A stretch of DNA of 52,491 nt from Octopus bimaculoides. Its lineage: Eukaryota. Made by a program: the position numbers and the translations under genes. Each line of letters opens with the position of its first letter. Position 1 is the first letter of the stretch. Below the pieces are notes generated by a model, which was given only the letters and a program-made list of their open reading frames with translations, had not been told where the DNA came from and did not search any database. The stretch covers positions 46,430,639 through 46,483,129 of the forward strand of contig NC_068990.1 of the NCBI RefSeq assembly GCF_001194135.2, given 5' to 3'. Below are positions 36,921-47,699 of this stretch, one piece after another.

Positions 36921-38514
36921 TATATATATATATATGGCAATTTTTTATGAAGCATAATTGGCGCGATTTTCTGAATGGTACGGATGCAATAATTTCCAGT
37001 TAATCAAATTTCCTGTACTAAGGAAAATTGCCGGTATCCTTGAAAGCAGTTAAGGCCTAGAAGTTTAAGCATCTCAGAAATGAGCAAAAGGGCCATCAAG
37101 AACAACGTAGAGGCTGCTTAGAAAGGGTCCAGATAGCTCACTTTGTTACAGGCTTAGGCTTGATCAGATCACCTAGGATGAGAATATGTTTTGTTAGACC
37201 TGTAGTGGTGATTTGAAACCCCAACCGCTAGATAACCGATCAGAGGCCAAGAATTTCACATGATCAATTTATTAGGCAACAAATCAGAATAAAGTTGTGG
37301 CATGATATAATTTCTAGAATGTTCTTGTACCTTATAAAAAGCCATTTTGGTGCCTAAACTCTTTGTAGAATGTTGATGACAGCTGAGCGACATGCGCCTC
37401 CATTCTTGCCATTTGAAGGTTCCAGACATTTACGCAGACGGTCCCAAGGCAGACAATCAAGGACCTCTTTCACCACGAAAAGAGTTCAGTGATTTCGTTT
37501 ATGTTGAGCCAACAGTATGTTGCTGTACAGATTGCTTTCTGTACTCTCAGAGTAATATCTCTTTTTCAATCTGTAATTATTAATGTTGTTAATTGTACAT
37601 GTCCAACAACAATCGTCTTTATGTGCAACGCAGCCAACGAAATATATTTTCGTTCACCAACTCAGCAATAACAATCAACCACATAGAATGACGCACGGTG
37701 ACAGACCTGTTACGATGTGTTGTTGTCAGCTCGGGTCAGCAGCTGTTCGCCGTTTGTCTGTCGTCTCGTCTCTGCTGCCTCTCAATACTCTCTCAAGTAG
37801 CTAAGGTATGCTGAATTTATAGTGCTGTATAGGCTCAGAGTGAAAAGCGCGAAAAAATGAAATTGTCGCTGGAGCCAGTTACAGAAGTCGTGATTGGTTA
37901 GATATTTTATCACGGATCGCTGAATATTCCCGCTACAGACTCAAAACACCCAGTGCGGGCCCAAGATATCACACTGACGATGTGCCCATGTAATGCTTCA
38001 GTAGATGCATGTTGAACTAACATCGAACGTATGTTGAATTCATGCGATCTCAGTAATAAACCCGGGTTAGGCCGGATACGTTTCCTCTGTTGAAATTTCG
38101 ACTGTAACTGAATACCCTCTCATTGCTTATAAACTCACATTTATTAAAGGTTATGCATAGTGTTAGACGAACTCTATAAATATATTCTGTAGAATAGTAT
38201 ATAAATCATACGAAGACACTATTAACATCAATAACCTAATAATTCCTACATTTTCTCATCTAAAATTCGAACTGGGGTACCTGATCGAGCAGTACATACT
38301 AAGTTGTTGCTAGAGAAGAAATATGGACAGCAGTCTTAGTGGGAGGGAGTGGTTTGTCGTTTACATTGACCCGGTTCTTGACTGGTACTTATTGAAAGGT
38401 GAAGTTGACCTCGGCAGTGTTTGGACTTAAAGCGTAAAGACCCAGAAGAAATAACTGTAAACATTTTGTCCCAGTGCGGTAACGATTCTGTCAGCTCGCC
38501 AGAGTAGAAACAAT

Positions 38515-38568
38515 GGATCTTTTGGGTTTGACGGGCAACACTTGTTTTCTTAACGACCAAAAAGATCC
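38515..38568. mobile_element. 54-bp minimal copy of the GGATC MITE family, inside a SINE
   Basis: GGATCTTTT...AAAAGATCC flanked by perfect TSD GAAACAAT at 38507-38514 and 38569-38576. Confidence 0.85.
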
Positions 38569-39570
38569 GAAACAATTAGCAAACTTAAGTATGCATGCGA
38601 CCTTTTGTCTTTTATTTGTTTCAATCATTGGACTGCGGCCATGCTGGAACACCGCCTTGAAAAATTTTAGTCGAAGAAATCGGCGTCAATACTTGTTTTA
38701 AAGTCTGGTACTTATTATGTCGATATATTTACGGGGACGTAAACAACTCAACACCGGTTGTCAAGGTACCTGAGTGGATACAAACACACAGATGCGCACA
38801 CACACGCACGCACGCACACGCACGCTCACACACACACTAAGCGTTTTCGGTTGCCAATTTCACTTACAAAGCATTTGTCCGAAGTACCGCACAGTGGGAC
38901 TGAACCCGAGACTACGTGGTTGCAAAGCAAACGTCTTAACTACACAACCATGACAACGCCTATGGCGGATTATTTAAAAGTTCCGATAAACGTGCATGTT
39001 AAAAACATTGAAGCTGTAAATTTTAAAATTACAAACCAGCGGGGATGTTCTATCGTCGTCGCTCGATATGCTAGAAATAGCAACCAAATCTCATTGGATA
39101 GTGTTGTCCTCGAAACACTAAGTATGAATAAATGATAGTCACGATTGGATTGCTTTGGATCACGGATCTGCAAAATAGCAACAACAATAACAATACATTT
39201 AGTGGGAAAGGGTAAACAGATAACGGGAACGAAATAAGAAAAATGTGGAAGAAAAGAAAACAAAGAAAGAGAAGAGAGAAAGAGAGAAAGAAAAAGAACT
39301 GCTGAAAGATAGAGAAATAGAAACAAAACAAAAAAATATATATGTAAATGGCTTCGTTGAACATGTAAACATTATCTCTGTTTATACTTTCAATCATTTT
39401 AGTCTCTGTATCTATCTGTCTGTCTCTTTTTATGCCTGTTTCTATAGCTATCTATCTCTTTCTTCTCTTTCGTTATTTTGTCTTATCTCTTTCAGTCAAT
39501 AGTAACAGAAGCGTATAACTACTAGACAAGCCTTTGTTATATATTTTGTTTTTCTCAGCCGAGACAAGTT

Positions 39571-39642
39571 GGTTCTATGGTGTAATGGTGAGCACTCTGG
39601 ACTCTGAATCCAGCGATCCGAGTTCGAGTCTCGGTAGAACCT
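39571..39642 (+). tRNA. tRNA-Gln, anticodon CTG
   Basis: 72-nt cloverleaf GGTTCTATGGTGTAATGGTGAGCACTCTGGACTCTGAATCCAGCGATCCGAGTTCGAGTCTCGGTAGAACCT. Acceptor stem GGTTCTA/TAGAACC, anticodon 39604-39606, A and B boxes, T-run terminator near 39655. Confidence 0.95.
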
Positions 39643-39949
39643 TACTGACTTACTCTTTTATTATTAGGAACTTTTACAACATAGTTACATAAATTATGCT
39701 GCCTATTAAAAGAGTGACTTGTTTATATTATTAACAAGAGAAAACTTTTCTATTTTCATACGTTTTTAGAAAATAAAAAAAATTCTCTCTCCAACATTTT
39801 GTCTTTCAACTGTCGAGATCGATGAAATAGGGACCAGTCCACACAGTTCTAACGCCGATACCTCCTCCCCATTCACTCACCCCCACCCACCTCTTAGTCT
39901 CATATACATGTATATATATATATATGAACGACAGTTGAGATGAACTGAA

Positions 39950-41450
39950 TGCCGTAGACAATGAATTCTTAATTCATTAAAATTTCTCTCGCGAGAAAGA
40001 GAAGGAAAACAATAACCTCGCGAAAAATGCGAGCAACTCTGAATGCGAAGGGGAGATAACTTCAAGAAATTAAAAATAATTTCATGGTTATATTCTCATA
40101 TTTAGTAAAAAGCGAACAACGTTTATCTTAGCTTCGACGACGAGAAGGACTATGCAGTATTGTTAAGGTTAAAGTGATGCTAAAACGTACGTAAAGCTGT
40201 CCTCTACCTCCGATGAATTAAATCAGGAGTTCTCAATCACATTTTGTTTGTGGACGCCTTTGATTCCTATTTTACTCGGGTGACCCTCATAGCTATTCAG
40301 TATTTTAAAAAGATCCCATTATATTTGCTGTTGATGTGGGTGATATCTTCCACACTGTATTGCAGAGCCGGCGTTTTTCTTTGTTTTTATCACAATGTAA
40401 TTTTGTGGTAGCTTTGCCTCTCTTGTTTATCAGGTATTTAGTAGCTATCTCACGTTCCTGGATAGCGAAGATATATACTTCTAGGTAGGATGTAATGGTC
40501 CAGGTTTATTCTCTCGTCCAGTATCAAGACCAAAACAAAACGATGGGAGATGGAGACGGATGCAGTAGATGACCAAAATGTTTTGCTTGCCTTATCTTGC
40601 TCTCTGCACTGTACAATGTGTTACTGCAGCTGCCTTCTTCTTTGTTTATCCATGAAGGTTTCTTTCGCAGAGTCCACCGGATCCAATTTTCACATACATA
40701 GGTAGGCAAGTCTTATGTTACCAAGAGTTACATACCCATTCGCTACCCTCATTTGCTTTAGCCAGTCGGAGCGGTTTACTAGGAGTGTAGCTGCCGTTGT
40801 ATGTAAACAGCTACTTGTAGCCATAGGTGAAAGTTGGGTGCCAGGTGGAGATCAAGGCGGATGACCCCCCGACATGTTCCTCCGTCAAAGACGCTACTCC
40901 GCAGTGACACCTTATATACCCCAAACACAAACAGTTACGAACAAAATTGCGTATGACCAGCAATGGAGTAGTACTCCCACATCTGAAATGTTGCTATTAT
41001 TATTTACCTAAACCTCCTGGACCTTATGCAAAGCTGTTCTGTCGTTTGGTATCATGTCGTTCACCAACGCACACCGACTTCTCACTCACAGATGTGCTGT
41101 CTTCGGTTTCTACCTTTCCTGTAGCTACTGCAGTGGCCTCCGCTATTCAAAGCTATTTGATTTCGCGCGTTGTGAGTGGGGTGTTAAGGTTCCATAAAAC
41201 GTGGAATTGGCACTAGATCGGATAACAGACTAACTTAACCGCGGCAAGATTTAAACTGAAAACTAAACAAATCAGCAAAATGCGAAAGAAATTTCTTCCT
41301 AGACGTTGTAACAAATCTATCAAGCCATCACACTCTTCTACACAATTCTTATCTTGAAAGTCACTTGGTAAAAACAATGAATGCTTCCTTATCGGCATCA
41401 AGATCGACCCCAAATTTTCGTTACTTATATCTATAAATGCTCTTTAAAAT
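39950..41450 (-). mobile_element. Highly degenerate Penelope-like fragment
   Basis: Minus translation near 40490-40590 gives VIYCIRLHLPSFCFGLDTGRE (GIY-YIG-like spacing), and near 40260-40340 DLFKILNSYEGHPSKIGIK. Boundaries uncertain. Confidence 0.4.
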
Positions 41451-41998
41451 GTAAAAGTGATTATTCCAACGAGATCATTGAGTAGATAACATAGAACTAT
41501 GAACGACGAACAGGAGGTAACAGCTATTTACTATTTTGTGTATCATAGCTGTACATTTGAGAGTCATATCGATACGCAGATGATTCTAAAAACTTAATGC
41601 TTTATCACAAGTCATGATTTAGATAGACAAGTTAAGGCGGTGAGATGGCTGAATCGTTAGCATGCCGGCCGAAATGTTTAGCGGAATTACGTCTGCCGCT
41701 GCGTTCAAAGTCCGCAGAAGACGACTTTGCCTTTCGTCCTTTATAAGTACCAGTTACGCACTGGGGATCAATGTAATCAACTAGCCCCCTTCCTGCCAAA
41801 ACTTTTCAAGGCCTAGAGTAGAAATAATTTTCAAGAGAGAAAAGACATAAGCAAAGAAAATCATTGAACATATATATATATATATATATATATACATACA
41901 TACAATCTGTGTATATTTGGGAGTTTTCCGGTAGTGTCTGAGTGCTTCGCCCTTGCTTCCTTAATATAATCATATAATATATATGATTATTAATTTTA

Positions 41999-42052
<54 letters not shown>

Positions 42053-42459
42053 AGCACCTGTATATGCCAGATAGTGGCCGAGGTGATAGAATAAATTAAA
42101 AAACGTAAAATTAAAACAGAACACAAAGGATTCCGCGGTACACGTGTTTCAAGCTTTATACACAAACCGTCGTTGCATCATTATATGAGTATATAATAGA
42201 TAGACAGGATGGTTTAAAGCTATCTTCAGCCGCAAATATATTCTTTCCCAAGATTATATTACAACGAAGAAATCACAAAGAAAAAAGAAAAAGAGAGAGA
42301 AACAGGAGAGAGAAAAAGGGGAAGTCCACTTGGTATTATCCATTGTAATATGTTTATCCTTCAAGTTGATACATTTACATAAAAGTTCATCGATACTCTG
42401 AAGTCTGTCCATATTGTGCCACAATTCAAGGTAGAGTGAATGATAAATAAACATAACTA

Positions 42460-43722
42460 GGGTATAACAATTAAATGTCCGATTTTGAACTGAAAGTTTA
42501 TTTTACTTTATCTCAGCAAAAAGCAATGCAGTTAATCAAAGTATGCCCCTAAATTATCAACACAATTTAGCCATTTTATCGGTAGCTTATAGATGCTGGC
42601 AGCAAATAATTCTGGAGAGCAAGAAGTTATGAAATTACGAAAGGCTGTTTTTACATCTTCTTTAGATTTGAAGTTTTTTCCTTGCAAAAAGTTGTCTAAT
42701 GCCTGGAAAACAGGATAATCAGGTGGTGCAAAGTCTGGTGAATATGGTGGAAGACAGAGTACTTTCATGTTCAGTTCCTGTAATTTGACTAGCGTTCTTT
42801 GTGCAACATGTGGTCGAGCATTGTTTTGCGAGAGAATTGGCTTGTCTCTATTGGCCTATCTCGGTTGTTTAATTGAAAGTTCACTCATCATTTCATCCAA
42901 CTGGTTGATGTATTCATCTGCCGTAATTGACTTACCAGGTCTCATGAAGTTGTAGTGGATGACACCAGTGCTGGGCCACCAAACAGACACCATTAGCTTT
43001 TTTTAGTGAATATTCTTTTTGGGATTGTGTTTTGGCACTTCGTGTCTATCCAACGACCGTAGAGAACACTTGCTATTGTTGAAAAGAATCCATTTTTCAT
43101 CACGCGTAACAATACGATGCAAAAATGGCTTGCTTTTATTATGCTGTGAGGGCAAAGAACAGCAGGTTTCAAGACGACATGTCATTTTATGCTCATTTAG
43201 TTCGTGTGGTACCCACCTGTCCAGCTTCTTTACCTTACCGATTTGTTTCAGATGATCCAATACAGTTGGAATCGAAATCAAACCTTGCTACTAACTCACG
43301 CTTAGGTTGAGATGTATCCACTTCCACTACAGCTTCCTGCTCATTATTATCTACGTTGGTCTCAGATCTACCACGGGGCTGATTTTCAAGAGTAAAGTCA
43401 CCAGACCGGGACTTCTCAAACCATCGACGTACAGTGCGCTCATTCGCCACATCTTCGCCAAACACCTCACTGATGTTTCGAGCTGTCTGGGATGTATTGG
43501 TTCCACACAACCCGAACTTTTGATTTATCCATAGGTTCACAAAAATTGATTTACAAGAGAAAGCTCACAATGTAATCAGACAACATGAATTGCATTTCTA
43601 AAAGTGATGATGTAACTTTTCAATGTTGTAAAACAAAGAATTGTTAGGATAAAACATTTAAATTAACGATTGTCAAACTTGGTGCATTTAAAATCGATCA
43701 TTTCATTCTTAATGAGCTGATA
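42460..43722 (-). mobile_element. Mariner transposon relic (Hsmar1/Mos1-like)
   Basis: TARNISEVFGEDVANERTVRRWFEK, KKLDRWVPHEL, IVTRDEKWI, PPYSPDFAPPDY..FQALDNFL; frameshifted; ends approximate. Confidence 0.9.
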
Positions 43723-43724
43723 TA

Positions 43725-43773
<49 letters not shown>

Positions 43774-45162
43774 TGGCTTCATGCAGGCGTTGCATGGATT
43801 CGATCCTCGGTCACCAAATTTCACTTAACAGTTCAACAGCACTTTTCTCACAGTAAAACAATAGTTTTTCTGTGACAGCAGTTACATTTGCCAGGTGCCT
43901 TCGTTAAGCAGAATTATGTCTTTGCCACTGACCCTTCTAACCTCTTCTAGGCCGCCAAAAACTAGACTAGAGACAACAGACCGCCAATGAAATCTATTGT
44001 TCTCAACAATATGTCTATCCTTCTGAATGGTGTTGGATAGTTATAAAAACAAGAACTCTTAAGCCAAAGTCAGTTAGTGAGAACCGAGTCTAACTAACCG
44101 GCTGAACAAAACGCCGTCTCTAAAGGAAAAGGCATGAAGAGACAACTATGGTAACTCACCAATGAAGCAGTTGTTTCATCCCATTACTCTCACTTTCATT
44201 AACTCACTTTCTTTTCTCTGTGACATTACAATATCTCACTATATATACTACTATGAGATCGTGTACACACATACCGGCTGAAATTAACTCCTTTTACCTC
44301 GCATGCTTTTCCACTTACTAGTTATACATACCAACACGTCAGTAAATACCAGAAGTAACGGTAAATAAAAATCTCTTCACAACTTCAATCACTGTTCTTC
44401 TTCCATCTTGCATACTGACAACCAACACCATAACAACAACCGTTACAATTGGTGACCCTCGACTGCAACGGAAAACTAACCGCTACAATTAGTGACTCCA
44501 AGTTAAAGAATTGCAGCCTTCGCCTTCACCTTCGCCTTCACCTTCACCTCCGCATGAACAGTTGTCACATCCATCGTTTACACTGGTGACCCCGTCTAAA
44601 AACAATTGCTACTTTCTAATGCTAAATGCTGCTGCATTTTGCTGACTTCGAACTAAAGAACTACACTCTTCATATCAACAGTCACTAAATCAGCGGGAAA
44701 GAATGACAACCTTCGTCACCACCAAGATGGCCCCTCGTTCCATTTCTTACAGTACGTGTAACTGAAAGTACTATACTGCAATGCAATCTACGATGCACTT
44801 CACAACAATGCAACACTGCTGACACAAAGAATTCGCTCACCATGGAAGCCAATAAATGAGTCATTTTGACAGCTACATGCCCAGAAACTAACTGGAAGAA
44901 AATACGTAAGCCCGCACATGCAACGTTTATGGCACACACACGCTTTTCGTCTCGTCCCAACGTACAGACCTTGCATTGTCTACGAACTTTTACATGAATA
45001 TAAGACTCTCATATAGACTCTTAGCAACTCTTTCTTTGCATGTACATTTTTTTTCACTTTCAGCATTAGACTTTTAAGAAAGGACACTATTTTCAGCTAT
45101 GTTTGTCATTTTATTCTTTTCTGTTTACACTGCACACTTTCATTTGTTTACGAGTTACACAC

Positions 45163-45252
45163 ATTCCGCGATGCACATATTCCGCGATGCACATGTTCCG
45201 CGATGCACATATTCCGCGATGTACAAATTCCGTGATGCACAAATTCCGCGAC
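45163..45252. repeat. 16-bp CpG-rich tandem repeat, about 5.6 copies
   Basis: Unit ATTCCGCGATGCACAT with variants GTTCCG.., ..GTACAA, ..GTGATG. Confidence 0.9.
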
Positions 45253-46442
45253 GACTCGTTTCACTCAAACAACTAAATTAATATGCATTTCTTTTTGAAT
45301 GTTCTATATTATTATTCATATTTTGCATGGACTTTTTTTCGTTCACTTTAAAAATGTTCGTATTGTTACATACTCATACGCATGCACCTTTCCTCGGCGC
45401 CTGACCTTGCGCACGCATCTGCACACATTGTTTATACACACATACATGTTGACACTGTCACATTCTTGCACCACACCATTTCTTTTCATGCTCCCTGTGC
45501 CTTTGTAGACACAACTCGTCTCTGTAAGACTCTAGGTCGGTCACGTGTACACAGAGGAAGTTGTTTGTCCTTTACAACAAGCCAGCATGCCACACTTTTG
45601 CTCCTGCACATTTCAAGGTATTTAATACCTCATGCATTGGCTTGCATATTCAGCACTGCCTCAGTCACTGGCATATTCATTACTGTTTTGTATTTGTAAT
45701 CACTGCACTAGCATACTACCTCAGCAATGAGTCCTTTTGCACACACGCGCGCGCGCAATTCTATTATGCCTCTATTGCCTTGTTTTGCAACACGTCTGTG
45801 CCAGCTCAGCTCAGATCTTTTCCCGACTCGATGCACGTCGGATGTTCACATGCTCTGCGCTCATGTTTAGACATAATTTCCCTCTGTTAGACCCCTGTTT
45901 GGTTACGCAATGACTGGAGAAAATTATCTATCTCGCGCATCACTCCAGCATGCTACACTGTCGTTCTTGCTAACCTCAGCAATTACACACAACAACAGTG
46001 CCAGACACATTTCACTTCTGAAAAACCTTCAAGACATTTCATACACTGTAATCCTGCCGGAAGATCTTCGATATCATGGATTAAGAATACACTCACTCGC
46101 TCACCTGAACCTATTTTACAGTAAATTTTCATACGTGCACCTGAATTCGTGTATTCGCCCTCACGTGCACGCACGCGCTAACTCATTTTCCATATTGCTC
46201 AGTCACTGACTGCACATTCTGGCACGCAAAGCGACACCACTATTCAGACTAACTTGAATAAATAGGTCCCGTGTATACTTCAATGATCCTCTCTCCTGAT
46301 ACAAAATTTTTCCTCAGCCATGCATTTCTTTCTCTTCCTCGATCGTTCATTTTCTTTTCTCAGAACCTCTCTGGAGGGGGAGTGACATAGTGACTTCTTG
46401 AAGGCATGGAGTGGATTCGATCCTCGATATCCAAATTTCCCT

Positions 46443-47026
46443 GGATCTTTTTTAAAACGGGGGCCACATTTTTCATTAATGTTTTACGTAGTGTTTTTGG
46501 TACCGAAAGACTTTCAAACTTCGTATACTTATCTATTTTGTGTTATAGAACAGAAAAATATTTTTGGATTCGAATTTATTTCATGTAAAAAATTGTCTTA
46601 TTTCGATAATTTCAACCAATCACTGACGTCCATTCAGCCGATATACATTAAGTGCCGACTACATAAACAAACGATTCTTCGTTTTATTTGCTTTTTTCAT
46701 TTTAAATTTGCTTTAACCCTAACCCTAACCCTAACCCTAACCCTAGGGTTAGGGTTAGGGTTAGAGTTAGGGTTAGGGTTAGGGTTAATTGTTTCAGAAT
46801 CGTTTGTTTATGTAGTCGGCACTTAATGTATATCGGCTGAATGGACGTCAGTGATTGGTTGAAATTACAGAAATACAACAACTTTAACATGGAATAATTT
46901 ATGGATTTCTTTTTTTTTAAAGAAGACTAAGAGAAAAAGATGTTTTATATGACACATTCTACCAGTGTTCCAAGTTTCAAAGTGTTTCGTTAATGAAAAA
47001 TGTGGCCCCCGTTTTAAAAAAGATCC
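46443..47026. mobile_element. 584-bp MITE of the same family, inserted in an LTR, with central telomere-repeat foldback
   Basis: TIRs GGATCTTTTTTAAAACGGGGGCCACATTTTTCATTAA / TTAATGAAAAATGTGGCCCCCGTTTTAAAAAAGATCC. TSD ATTTCCCT at 46435-46442 and 47027-47034. The LTR at 43771 shows the empty site (ccaaatttcacttaacag). Confidence 0.92.
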
Positions 47027-47699
47027 ATTTCCCTTAACAGTTCAACAGCACTTTTCTCACGGTAAAACAATAGTTTTTCTGTGAGTGACAGCAGTTACAT
47101 TTGCCAGATGCCTTCGCTAAGCAGAATTATGTATTTGCTACTTGACCCTTCTAACCTCTTCTAGGCCACCGAAAGCTAGAATAGAGATAAGAGACCGCCA
47201 ACGAAATTCATTGTTCTCAACAATATGTTTCTCTTTCTAACTAGTTTGGATAATTATAGATACTAAAATATTGTAGGAAAAAGTCAGTTGGTAAAAAGGA
47301 GATGACGTAGAGGCGACCACAGACAGAATACAGTTACTGAAATAATTCAACTGAAAGAAGGCTTACATTGGGAATGTCAACTATGATACAGTGTCTTATC
47401 ACAACACCACTGCTATTTAAATGTTAGGCACAATGAACGTATCATTTTATCAACTCCCTACACTTAATATTTACTCTATCTTCCTCTAATTCCTAGTTAG
47501 GCAGCTAGCAGTTGACCAAAGATAAACAGCAACAACATACAAGAAAAGATAACTCTATTCTTGTTTTTATATAATACACACACATGCCTGTCGATGGTAT
47601 TACAGAAAGTAATGGTAACTAAATATATAGTATATATAGTAGGTATAGTAAAATGAAATGAAGTATTGAATGTCTTATTGAATAAATGAAATATTGAAT

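Larger units (their letters stand above)
43771..47620 (+). mobile_element. Non-autonomous or decayed LTR retroelement: 5' LTR ~43771-44582, tRNA-Trp PBS 44584-44594, PPT 46373-46382, divergent 3' LTR from 46383
   Basis: ..TTACA-c-TGGTGACCCCG is complementary to the tRNA-Trp 3' end; GGAGGGGGAG precedes TG; 43825-44010 closely resembles 47034-47225. No recognisable gag/pol inside. Confidence 0.65.

Noticed and set aside
45163-45252. CRISPR-like array
   Set aside because: Contiguous 16-bp tandem units without unique spacers, in a eukaryotic genome, with no cas genes.
46714-46786. True telomere or chromosome fusion site
   Set aside because: The tract is short and lies inside a TIR- and TSD-bounded MITE.
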